From assembly GCA_023229115.1 (NCBI GenBank), contig JALNZW010000007.1, positions 1,423 to 65,422 on the forward strand: DNA of 64,000 nt. Reading direction: 5' to 3'. Source of the DNA: Patescibacteria group bacterium (GTDB lineage: Bacteria; Patescibacteriota; Patescibacteriia; Patescibacteriales; UBA12465). Under the pieces are notes generated by a model. That model was given only the letters and a program-made list of their open reading frames with translations, was not told the origin of the DNA and made no database searches. Position numbers and translations under genes: made by a program. This document shows, one piece after another, positions 45,478-54,382 of the stretch (position 1 is the first letter of the stretch; each line of letters begins with the position of its first letter).

Positions 45478-47322
45478 TTAATCTTTCTTTTCTAAGTCTA
45501 AAAAATCTTCAATCTTTTTAATAATAGTCTTTGGATCAATATTATTCTTCTTGTTATAAGCTAATTGTTTTTTTCTTCTTCTTTCCACTTCTTTGACTGC
45601 ACTTTTAATTGAACCGGTCATATTATCAGCATAGAGAATAATTTTTCCACTTACATTACGAGCGGCTCTGCCCATAGTTTGGATAAGTGAAGTTTGACTC
45701 CTCAAAAAACCTTCCCGATCAGCATCCAAAATAGCAACTAGTGATACTTCTGGCAAATCCAATCCTTCACGAAGTAGGTTAACACCAATTAGAATATCAA
45801 AATTGCCGATACGAAAATCTTTTAGTATTTCATTACGGGCTAAAGTTTTAGTGTCAGAATGCATGTAATTTGACTTGATATTGTTTTGCCTCAAGTGTGC
45901 ATCCAAATCTTCGGCTTGTTTTTTAGTAAGAGTGTTAATTATAACACGTTCACCTTTAGATATTATTTTTTCTGCCTCTTTGATTATGTCATTTATTTGA
46001 CTGTAATTTGTTTCTTTGTTAAAAACTGGACGTATTTCTATTTCGGGATCAACTAAACCAGTAGGACGAATAACTTGTTCAACTGTTTGTTTTGATTTTT
46101 CTTTTTCAAATTTACCAGGAGTAGCACTAGTGAATATTACTTGATTAATTTTCTTTTCAAATTCAGAAAATTTTAGTGGGCGATTATCTAAAGCTGAAGG
46201 CAATCGCCAGCCATATTTAATTAAAGTTTCTTTGCGACTTCTATCACCAGCATACATGCCACCAATTTGTGGAATACCAATATGACTTTCATCTGATACT
46301 AAAAGAAAATCTGGCCCTCCCTTTTCATCTCTAGGGAAATATTCTAAAAGAGAGTCAGGAGCTTCTCCGGCTAATTTACCAGTTAGATGTCTAGAGTAAT
46401 TTTCAATACTATGACAATATCCAAGGCTATAAAGCATCTCCATATCATATCTAACTCTTCGCTCTAGTCTTTCTGCTTCTAAATATAATTTGTTTTTTTT
46501 GAAATATTTCAAACGATCTTTTAATTCTTCTTGAATGCTTTTTATAGCTTGCTCTATTTGAGGCTTAGTAGAAATAAAATGCTTGGGAGGAAAAATAACT
46601 ATCTCAGGTAAATGCTCTAAAATATTTTTGGTAGTATTGTCTATGATTGTTAAATCGGATACTTTTTGCTCACTTAATTCCAGTCGATAAATAATATTTT
46701 CTGACATTGGTCTAATTTCAAAAACATCACCACGCACTCTGAACTGACCACGCTTAACGTCTCCTAAAGATCTTTCAAATTGCATTTTTATCAATTGTGA
46801 AATTAGATCTGATCTAGTTAATGGCTTGTCCTTTTCTAGGTGCAAAGTAGCTTCCATATAACTTATTGGAACACCCAAATTGTATATACAAGAAACTGAA
46901 GCTACAATTATAACATCACGACGAGAAAGCAGAGCTGAGGTTGCTCCATGACGAAGTCTGTCAATTTCATCATTGATCATTGCTTCTTTTTCAATATAAG
47001 TGTCAGAATTTGGCATATAAGCCTCTGGCTGGTAGTAATCATAATAAGAAACAAAATAATGGACAGCATTCTCGGGAAAAAAATTTTTATATTCTCGATA
47101 TAGCTGAGCAGCTAAAGATTTATTGGGCGCCATCACTAAAACAGGTTTATTTAATTCTTGAATAATATTAGCTATTGTAAATGTTTTACCAGAACCAGTA
47201 ATACCTAGAAGTGTTTGATAATCAAATCCCTTCCCTATTCCTTGCAAGAGCTTTTTAATAGCCTCTGGTTGATCACCGGCTGGCTGAAAATCTGATTTAA
47301 GTTTGAATATTTTTTCCTTCAC
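45478..47322 (-). CDS. uvrB: Excinuclease ABC subunit B (lacks C-terminal UVR domain)
   Basis: [19 protein letters not shown], the DESH box ([10 protein letters not shown]) and helicase motifs V/VI (QTMGRAARN). It ends about 8 aa after the YN..N.I.P..I motif. 614 aa. Confidence 0.95.
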   Translation of the reverse strand: MKEKIFKLKSDFQPAGDQPEAIKKLLQGIGKGFDYQTLLGITGSGKTFTIANIIQELNKPVLVMAPNKSLAAQLYREYKNFFPENAVHYFVSYYDYYQPEAYMPNSDTYIEKEAMINDEIDRLRHGATSALLSRRDVIIVASVSCIYNLGVPISYMEATLHLEKDKPLTRSDLISQLIKMQFERSLGDVKRGQFRVRGDVFEIRPMSENIIYRLELSEQKVSDLTIIDNTTKNILEHLPEIVIFPPKHFISTKPQIEQAIKSIQEELKDRLKYFKKNKLYLEAERLERRVRYDMEMLYSLGYCHSIENYSRHLTGKLAGEAPDSLLEYFPRDEKGGPDFLLVSDESHIGIPQIGGMYAGDRSRKETLIKYGWRLPSALDNRPLKFSEFEKKINQVIFTSATPGKFEKEKSKQTVEQVIRPTGLVDPEIEIRPVFNKETNYSQINDIIKEAEKIISKGERVIINTLTKKQAEDLDAHLRQNNIKSNYMHSDTKTLARNEILKDFRIGNFDILIGVNLLREGLDLPEVSLVAILDADREGFLRSQTSLIQTMGRAARNVSGKIILYADNMTGSIKSAVKEVERRRKKQLAYNKKNNIDPKTIIKKIEDFLDLEKKD

Positions 47323-47333
47323 AGAATTATAAA

Positions 47334-47795
47334 TTAATAATGATATTTCTTCCCTTTTTCAATATTAACTGCTCGATAAATTTGCTCAACTAAAATAACT
47401 TTAGCCATCTCATGAAGAAAAGTCATCTTGGATAATGATATTTTTTTATAATTACCCAAAACATCAAAATCAAAACCCAAAGCACCAGCAATTACAAAAA
47501 TTATTTCTTCATTGAATGAAAATATTTTTTTAGAAAACTGTATCGAATCTAGCTCTTCCCCATTTTCCGACAATAAAAAAATCTGAGAATTTTTATTCTT
47601 ATTTAAAAAATCTAAAATTCTTTGACTCTCCTGTTTTTTTATTATTAAAGCATCTTTTTCAGAAAAACCTTTAGAAGGTAATTCAATAAAATCTAGCTTT
47701 ATTTCCTTACTTAATCTTTTGCTATATTCAAGGATTGCCTCCTGATAATATTTCTCTTTAACAGCTCCAATACTTAAAATTGTTATTTTTTTCAT
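47334..47795 (-). CDS. rlmH: 23S rRNA (pseudouridine1915-N3)-methyltransferase RlmH (SPOUT)
   Basis: 153 aa. ...FVIAGALGF...LSLSKMTFLHEMAKVILVEQIYRA...KKYHY is typical of the RlmH C-terminus. Confidence 0.85.
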   Translation of the reverse strand: MKKITILSIGAVKEKYYQEAILEYSKRLSKEIKLDFIELPSKGFSEKDALIIKKQESQRILDFLNKNKNSQIFLLSENGEELDSIQFSKKIFSFNEEIIFVIAGALGFDFDVLGNYKKISLSKMTFLHEMAKVILVEQIYRAVNIEKGKKYHY

Positions 47796-48889
47796 TTTAA
47801 TTTTTTAATTTCACCTGGCTTAAAAATTCCATCTTCAGTTATAATACCGGTGATTAAATCAGCTGGCGTAACATCAAAAACCGGATTAAAAGCCTTAGTT
47901 CCTTTAGGAGAAATCTCGAGTAATGGATTAAAATTTTTTCCTTGTTTTTTAGCCAAATTTCTATTTTCCCAGTAAGAAGTATGCTTCAAAACTTCATCAC
48001 CAGATCTATGCTCTATTTCTATCTCTTTACCGGTCTTGGTATTAAAGTCAATTGTAGCTTTAACGGCAGCTACATAAAAAGGAATTTTATACCTTTTAGC
48101 CATTAAAGCTAAGGGATATGTTCCGATTTTATTAGCCGTATCACCATTTAGAGCAATTCGATCAGCTCCGACTATTACCATGTCCACCATTTTATTTTCC
48201 ATCAAAAAACCACTGGCACTGTCAATATTAACTCGATGCTCAATGCCAGCTTTATTCATCTCCCAAGCAGTAAGCCTAGCACCCTGAAGCCATGGCCTGG
48301 TTTCATCGACTAAAACTGATATTTTTTTGCCTTTTAAAATAGCACTATACATTGGAGCCGTAGCCGTTCCATACCAAATAGCTGAAAGTGAACCGGCATT
48401 ACAATGAGTCATGATGCGATAATTATTTTTGATTAACTTCTCGCCATAAGCACCAATTTTTAAATTATTATTTACCTCTTCTTCTAGTAATTTTTTATAA
48501 GAATTATAAATATCTTTTTTAATGCCTCCAACGGTATTTGAGTTTATTTCACTTAAAATTTTATTAACTGCCCAAGCCAAATTATTAGCTGTTGGACGAG
48601 CTTTAATTATTTCACTTGATACTTTTTGTAAATAATTTAAAAAATCAAAGGGATCATTTTTTTTATATTGTAAAGATGCCAAAAAAATACCAGCGCCACC
48701 AACAGCCCCAATAGCCTGAGCACCACGAACATTAAATTCTTTTATAGCCGAAATAGCTTGAGAATATTTTTTTAATTGAATAAACTTCAGCTTATCAGGC
48801 AAATAAACTTGATCGATTATTACTACTTTATCTTTTTTTAACTCGACAGTTAAAGGTAGGACCTTTTGTAATTGCTTTAAATTTTTCAT
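47792..48889 (-). CDS. mtnA: eIF-2B alpha/beta/delta-like sugar-phosphate isomerase (MtnA methylthioribose-1-P isomerase or ribose-1,5-bisphosphate isomerase)
   Basis: RGAQAIGAVGG, RPTANNLAWAV, VDETRPWLQGARLTAWE, VGADRIALNGDTANKIGTY. Confidence 0.85.
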   Translation of the reverse strand: MKNLKQLQKVLPLTVELKKDKVVIIDQVYLPDKLKFIQLKKYSQAISAIKEFNVRGAQAIGAVGGAGIFLASLQYKKNDPFDFLNYLQKVSSEIIKARPTANNLAWAVNKILSEINSNTVGGIKKDIYNSYKKLLEEEVNNNLKIGAYGEKLIKNNYRIMTHCNAGSLSAIWYGTATAPMYSAILKGKKISVLVDETRPWLQGARLTAWEMNKAGIEHRVNIDSASGFLMENKMVDMVIVGADRIALNGDTANKIGTYPLALMAKRYKIPFYVAAVKATIDFNTKTGKEIEIEHRSGDEVLKHTSYWENRNLAKKQGKNFNPLLEISPKGTKAFNPVFDVTPADLITGIITEDGIFKPGEIKKLK

Positions 48890-49442
48890 GATATTTTTGA
48901 ATTAATTTTAAACTTGATGAAATATTTTTTCCTAAAGCTAAAACTCCGTGATTTTGCATTATTAAATAATCACCTTTTTTTGAGGCATTTTTAATTGCTC
49001 TAGCTGATTCCATTGTTCCATAAGAATACTCTTTAACATAAATAACATCTTTTATTTTCTGCTCACAATTAACGGCCAAAAAATCATGAGAGTGTAAAAC
49101 ACAATTAATATCTGGCCTGGCTTGATAAACTCCCCAATGAAGACGAGCTTCGGAGCTAGGCTCTTTTTGACCAAAGGTATAAACCTCATCTTTTTTAAAA
49201 CCAACCACCAAAGAAAAATCACTTTTTTTTAGCTGATGAGGAAAAGAACCAGTGGTTTTAATGATTATACCGTTTTTAGTTCGCACACTGAAATTTCCAC
49301 CATTATTATCTTTACAACCTAATTTAGCCAAATCTTTGCCAACTTTAATTAAATCTTTTATTAATTTTAATTCTCTAGCGTTTGGCTTAAAATCACCTTT
49401 ATAAATAGTTTTAAATTTAGTACCTATATATTTTTCTCCCAT
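48828..49442 (-). CDS. Class II aldolase/adducin-family protein (MtnB/FucA-like)
   Basis: GGNFSVRTKNGIIIKTTGS and the metal-ligand region VLHSHDFLAV...HGVLALG. Its 3' end overlaps the next ORF's annotated start by 62 nt. Confidence 0.75.
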   Translation of the reverse strand: MGEKYIGTKFKTIYKGDFKPNARELKLIKDLIKVGKDLAKLGCKDNNGGNFSVRTKNGIIIKTTGSFPHQLKKSDFSLVVGFKKDEVYTFGQKEPSSEARLHWGVYQARPDINCVLHSHDFLAVNCEQKIKDVIYVKEYSYGTMESARAIKNASKKGDYLIMQNHGVLALGKNISSSLKLIQKYHEKFKAITKGPTFNCRVKKR

Positions 49443-49446
49443 AAAA

Positions 49447-50226
49447 TTATTTTTTATTTTTTGACATCAAAACAAAAGATTCTAATGCTACCAATGATGC
49501 TCGATTTTCCATTTTTACTAAGTCACCCTTTCCAGACTGAGCTTCTAATGAATATTTGGCAATTTTTTGTTTAATATTTTTTTCAGCTTCTTGATCAACT
49601 ACCAATAAAACGACACCGGCTTTAAAACCTTTAACTCGAGCTAAAGTTAAAACTGTTCCCGCTTCCATATCTTGAGCTAAGGTATTAAAAGCTGACCACA
49701 TTTTTTTAATCTCTTTAGTGCGAGCAGAAAATAAAGCATCAACTGTTACGGTTGGTCCAGCATAATATTTAAATTTCATATTTTCTGAAGCTTTTTTCAT
49801 GATTTGAAAAGTATCAGGGTCAGCAATGGCTGGATATTGAAGCGGAACATAATCAAGACAAGTATGATCCTCTCTAACCACACTATCAGAAATTACTAAA
49901 TCACCAATTTTAATTTTAGCTTGATTAGCCCCACAAGAACCAACTCTAATAAACTTCTTAGCTCCGATAGCTATAAGTTCTTCCATGGCTATAGCAGTTG
50001 AAGGCCCACCTATTCCAGTTGAACAAATTGTAATCGGCACTCCCTTATATTTTCCAGTAAAAACCCTGTATTCCCGATTAAAAGAAATCTCCCTTCCACC
50101 ATCAAGCAGTTTAGCAATCCGCAAAACCCTACCCGGATCACCAGGTAAAATAACATTTTCGGCTATATCTCCTTTTTTACATAAAATATGAGGCTGAAGA
50201 AGTTCGGATTTTTTGTTTTTAGACAT
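49447..50226 (-). CDS. Nucleoside phosphorylase, PNP/UDP family 1 (uridine/MTA/purine nucleoside phosphorylase type)
   Basis: LPGDPGRV, STGIGGPSTAIAMEELI, RVGSCG, QDMEAGTV. Confidence 0.8.
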   Translation of the reverse strand: MSKNKKSELLQPHILCKKGDIAENVILPGDPGRVLRIAKLLDGGREISFNREYRVFTGKYKGVPITICSTGIGGPSTAIAMEELIAIGAKKFIRVGSCGANQAKIKIGDLVISDSVVREDHTCLDYVPLQYPAIADPDTFQIMKKASENMKFKYYAGPTVTVDALFSARTKEIKKMWSAFNTLAQDMEAGTVLTLARVKGFKAGVVLLVVDQEAEKNIKQKIAKYSLEAQSGKGDLVKMENRASLVALESFVLMSKNKK

Positions 50227-50344
50227 AAATAAATAATATTAATTATAAATACTAGTTAATTTTAGCATAATTTCAAGGAAAATAAAAATAAATTTAACTT
50301 ATCTTAAATTTGAAAATAAAATACTTTAGAGTTATAATTAAACC

Positions 50345-51448
50345 ATGAAAAAAACAATAATTATAACAATATCGGGGCTCTTATTCTCTCTTTTTATTTT
50401 TTTAATTAGTTTTAATTTTGTTAATCAAGAGAAAAATCAAAAAAACATTAATGATCTAAAATTTTTTAAAAAAGAAGAAAAAAAGGAACAGACAGATCAA
50501 AAGACTGAATCCAATAATCAAAACGAAACACAAAAAGAAAAAGAAGAGGATTTAAATCTGAACCTACTATTCTTTGGTGACCTAATGTTAGATCGTCATG
50601 TTGGCGAAAAAATAAATATTCATGGATTTGATTATTTATTTGAAAAATTAGAAACAGAAAAATTTACTGAAGATTATGATTTTGTCATGGCCAATTTAGA
50701 AGGAGCTGTTACCAATGATGGCTTACACCATAAACCAGACAATCTTTACGATTTTGCTTTTAAACCAGAAATTATAGAAAAGTTAAAAAAATATAATTTT
50801 AATATTTTTACCTTATCTAACAATCACTTATCAGATCAAGGAGAGAAAGGAATAACAGAAACTTATCAAAATTTAAGCGAACTTGGTTTTAATTATTTTG
50901 GCTGCAAGGATGGAAATTTATCATCACTAAAAAATATTACAACAGTATACAAGGCCGAGGAAAACGAAAAACAAAAAATATTAAATAATGAAGATTGTTC
51001 GGCTATAATAATTGAAACTAAAAATAAAAAAATTGCTTTTTTTGCTTTTAGTATTGTCTACCAAGATATCGAAGAAATCAAAATATTAAATCAAATCGAA
51101 GCTTTAAAAAAACAAAGTGATTTTTTAATAATTTCACCTCATTGGGGCGTGGAATATCAAGAAAAAGCTAACAAAAAACAAGAAAATTTAGCTAGAAAAA
51201 TGATAGATTCTGGGGCTGACTTAATTATTGGTCACCACCCTCACGTAATCCAAAATTACGAAATTTATAAAGAAAAACCAATTTTTTATTCTTTGGGTAA
51301 TTTCATTTTTGATCAATATTTTTCTCAAGAAACTCAAGAAGGTCTAGTAGTGTCAATTAAAATAAATAAAAATAATGAAATACAAAAAACAGTATATAAA
51401 ATAAAAACCCAAGGAAGCAAAATAGGAGAAATTAACAAGATAGAATAG
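50345..51448 (+). CDS. CapA/PGA_cap-family metallophosphatase-like protein (poly-gamma-glutamate capsule synthesis-type)
   Basis: TM anchor, then LLFFGDLMLDR, ANLEGAVT, LSNNHLSDQG, SPHWGVEY, IIGHHPHVIQ. Confidence 0.8.
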   Translation: MKKTIIITISGLLFSLFIFLISFNFVNQEKNQKNINDLKFFKKEEKKEQTDQKTESNNQNETQKEKEEDLNLNLLFFGDLMLDRHVGEKINIHGFDYLFEKLETEKFTEDYDFVMANLEGAVTNDGLHHKPDNLYDFAFKPEIIEKLKKYNFNIFTLSNNHLSDQGEKGITETYQNLSELGFNYFGCKDGNLSSLKNITTVYKAEENEKQKILNNEDCSAIIIETKNKKIAFFAFSIVYQDIEEIKILNQIEALKKQSDFLIISPHWGVEYQEKANKKQENLARKMIDSGADLIIGHHPHVIQNYEIYKEKPIFYSLGNFIFDQYFSQETQEGLVVSIKINKNNEIQKTVYKIKTQGSKIGEINKIE

Positions 51449-51528
51449 AATGACCTTGACTTTATTTGTTTTTTTTAATAGAATAAATAATCGTAACTTA
51501 AAAATTTTTAACCCTAAATACAAAGAAA

Positions 51529-51861
51529 ATGGCAGAAACTAGCACTAGAAATCTTCCTCTGGGATTCATAGCTGAACAAAAAATCAGAATCCAGACAGAA
51601 TTGAACGCTTATGTTAATCGAGAAAAAATTAGTGAAGCAATTAAAGGCTCCGACGAAGAAACCGGCCTTGAATCGGAATACCTGGATTATGTAGCCCAAA
51701 AACAAAAGAAAATGGTTCCCAAACTCGAAAAAGCCTTAGAATTAATCAAAAAAGGTGAGTATGGTATTTGTCAAAAATGTAGAGGAAATATTGAAATGCA
51801 GCGCTTGATAATAATTCCAAGCGCAACTGAATGTTGCAACTGTATTAAAAGTTTAAAATAA
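51529..51861 (+). CDS. DksA/TraR-family C4 zinc-finger protein
   Basis: The C-terminal CQKCRGNIEMQRLIIIPSATECCNC four-Cys finger follows a helical region. 110 aa. Confidence 0.75.
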   Translation: MAETSTRNLPLGFIAEQKIRIQTELNAYVNREKISEAIKGSDEETGLESEYLDYVAQKQKKMVPKLEKALELIKKGEYGICQKCRGNIEMQRLIIIPSATECCNCIKSLK

Positions 51862-51867
51862 AAAAAC

Positions 51868-51896
51868 AAAGGGAGTCTTTAAGACCCCCTTTTTTA
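51868..51896 (+). terminator. Intrinsic terminator after dksA-like gene
   Basis: GGGAGTC-TTTAA-GACCCCC (one mismatch) followed by TTTTTT. Confidence 0.6.
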
Positions 51897-51914
51897 TTCT
51901 TCAAAATTAAAATT

Positions 51915-52622
51915 TTATTTACAAGAACTCAAACATTCTTGCTTGTCAGCCGGATCCTCAATCATCTCACAATAAGCACAAAGATCTATATCTTGCATGT
52001 TAAAGGAGTTTTCATCTATCCCCTGACCACTACTTACTGGAATACTTTGATTAAAAGTATTCATTAAACTCGATAAATCTTTAAAGTTTTTATCTTTTGG
52101 CAAATCAAACTTGGAATTATCAACCTTCCATGATTTACATTTAAAATCAAAAACCTCATCCATGTCAACCAATTCATCTTCATCCTCCAAATCATCAGAT
52201 GCAAGATCTTCATCATCTTCTTCTAGGTTAATCTTCATGCCATCTTTATTAGTTAAATCATCCCAGAAATAACTCCAATTATCCTTAATAATGTTAACTG
52301 AATTAATCTCTAGTCCTTGCTCTTTATCAATAGTTTTCATTTCCACCCTAACCCTTTCATTTTTGTTATCAAAATAATAAACAGCAGTCATGTCAGCGTA
52401 GGCATCATTTATCTCAGCCGAACATTCAAGTGGTTTTCCTTCTTTAAACATTTCAGTGACAGAAGAAGAAAAATAAGATTCTTCACCATTATCATTCTCC
52501 AAGAAAGAACTTTCTTGAGAGGAGTTATTTTCTTGATTAGAATTATTCTTTTGTCCACAAGCTGACAAAGAAAAAATTAAAACCAAAAACAATGGCAAAA
52601 AATAAAGTTTAGATAACTTCAT
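51915..52622 (-). CDS. Acidic lipoprotein, function unknown
   Basis: Lipobox LSAC after the signal peptide (LVLIFSLSACGQ). D/E-rich, with 4 C-terminal Cys. Confidence 0.6.
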   Translation of the reverse strand: MKLSKLYFLPLFLVLIFSLSACGQKNNSNQENNSSQESSFLENDNGEESYFSSSVTEMFKEGKPLECSAEINDAYADMTAVYYFDNKNERVRVEMKTIDKEQGLEINSVNIIKDNWSYFWDDLTNKDGMKINLEEDDEDLASDDLEDEDELVDMDEVFDFKCKSWKVDNSKFDLPKDKNFKDLSSLMNTFNQSIPVSSGQGIDENSFNMQDIDLCAYCEMIEDPADKQECLSSCK

Positions 52623-52736
52623 ATTTTTTTATTTTAATTTACCCTGGAAAAACCAGGCATTAATAATATTAATATTATACTAACAAAAAAAATCAATAAT
52701 TACAAAAATTTATAACAAACTTTTAAGTAATTAAAA

Positions 52737-53774
52737 TTACTTAATTATTTTATAATAAAGACTCTCATAAGAACTAATCATTTTATCCAATGAAAAATAC
52801 TTCTGAGCCCTATTCAAACAATCTTCTTTTTTAATATTTTTAACTTTTTTGATAGCCCCTAACATTTCATTAAAATCATTGACAACATAACCAGTCTTGC
52901 CATTTTCAACCAATTCCCTAATAGCTCCTTGATCGTAAGCCACAACTGGAACAGCTGAGGCCATGGCCTCTAAAAAAGTATTACCAAAAGCCTCTATCAA
53001 TCTATTAGGTTGAATTAAGCAAAAAGCACCACCTAAAAGCTTCTTTTTTTCCTGCCCTAAAACTTCCCCCTTATAAATTATTTGTTTGCCATCAATAAAA
53101 GGAAGAACTTTTTTGTCTAAAAAATCCCGATCAGCTTCTGAAATTTTTCCAGCTAAAATTAATTTCATTTTTAGTCTTTTGGCTAATTTAATAGCCGTAT
53201 CAACTCCCTTCTGTGGACTCAAACGAGCTAAAAACAAAAGATAATCTCCTGGTTTATCTTGTTGAATAAAATTACTAGAATCAAGACCATTATAAATAAT
53301 ATCTTGCCAATTTAAAAAAGGAAGTAATTTTTTAAGAGACCTAGATATTCCTACATAATTCAAATGTTTATATTTTTTTAACAAATCCCTTTCTTGTTCA
53401 AAAAATTCACCATATCGAATTGAATGAATTGAAGGTGTCTTTACCAGATCAGCAAAAATAACACTTTTTTGTTCAACTGCGCAGTGAATAATATCAAAAT
53501 CTTTAGCTCTTTTAAAAGCTTCGGCTATATTTTGATATTCATGAACCTCAGAATAATCATTTTTATAATAAGTCTTTCTAACAGAAATAAGTTTTTGAGC
53601 TTTGGTTCTGGAATCACCAGTAGCAAACAAAGTAACGTGATGCCCTCTATCCACTAAGCCATTTACTAAATAACCGACAGAAGAGCCAGTTCCTCCACGA
53701 GAATCAGGGCTTGTCTCTTCCCATAATTTAGAAACAATAGCTATTTTTAATTTCTTTTTTTTGTATTTATTCAT
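52737..53774 (-). CDS. Glycosyltransferase family 4
   Basis: N-terminal GGTGSSVGYLVNGL and C-terminal EAFGNTFLEAMASAVPVVAYDQGAIRELVENGKTG motif. Confidence 0.85.
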   Translation of the reverse strand: MNKYKKKKLKIAIVSKLWEETSPDSRGGTGSSVGYLVNGLVDRGHHVTLFATGDSRTKAQKLISVRKTYYKNDYSEVHEYQNIAEAFKRAKDFDIIHCAVEQKSVIFADLVKTPSIHSIRYGEFFEQERDLLKKYKHLNYVGISRSLKKLLPFLNWQDIIYNGLDSSNFIQQDKPGDYLLFLARLSPQKGVDTAIKLAKRLKMKLILAGKISEADRDFLDKKVLPFIDGKQIIYKGEVLGQEKKKLLGGAFCLIQPNRLIEAFGNTFLEAMASAVPVVAYDQGAIRELVENGKTGYVVNDFNEMLGAIKKVKNIKKEDCLNRAQKYFSLDKMISSYESLYYKIIK

Positions 53775-53810
53775 AATAAAATATTAACAATAATCTTAAA
53801 AAATGTAAAT

Positions 53811-53839
53811 AAAAAAAGGCCAGGATGTTTTCTGGCCTT
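53811..53839 (-). terminator. Intrinsic terminator after 53885..54277
   Basis: AAGGCCAG-8 nt-CTGGCCTT with a minus-strand U-run (plus-strand A-run 53811-53817). Confidence 0.7.
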
Positions 53840-53884
53840 AACCTAAAAGCTGATCTATGATAATCAGTAGCTCACAAAAAAATT

Positions 53885-54277
53885 TTAACTCAAAACAGAG
53901 GCAGAATCTTTTGTAAGATTTTTTTTAGAAATGACTCTAGATACAAGGGTCATTCTATGTTTAACCTTTGGTGAAACATAACCCTTAACCTCTTCGACGT
54001 CAATAATGATTGAGAGTGTTTTTTGATCGGATAGAAAATCCTCTAAACAACGGCAAAACTTTTCATCTATGAACACAAGACTGAGATCATCTTGATTAAA
54101 AGACAAATCATCCTTGAAGTGAAAAGCATTAACAAATCCGCCATTATTTTTTTTACCATTAATTTTCAGAAAACCTCTTTTAATAAGTTTTCCGTCAGTT
54201 TTAGCAAAAAAATCACGACCAGCCTCAAAAGACATGTCTTCCAAGGATTTTCTACTTGGGCAAAGAAATTTCTCCAT
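53885..54277 (-). CDS. Hypothetical 130-aa protein
   Basis: ORF only; no family recognised. Confidence 0.45.
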   Translation of the reverse strand: MEKFLCPSRKSLEDMSFEAGRDFFAKTDGKLIKRGFLKINGKKNNGGFVNAFHFKDDLSFNQDDLSLVFIDEKFCRCLEDFLSDQKTLSIIIDVEEVKGYVSPKVKHRMTLVSRVISKKNLTKDSASVLS

Positions 54278-54335
54278 ATCAAATTATTTAAAGTGCTATA
54301 AACAAAAGCTATCAAAAAAATTAATTTTTGTCAAT

Positions 54336-54362
54336 AAAAAAAGGGTCAAATTTATTGACCCT
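54336..54362 (-). terminator. Intrinsic terminator after purA
   Basis: AGGGTCAA-5 nt-TTGACCCT with a minus-strand U-run. Confidence 0.7.
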
Positions 54363-54382
54363 CTAGTTTAAGCAAAATAAAA

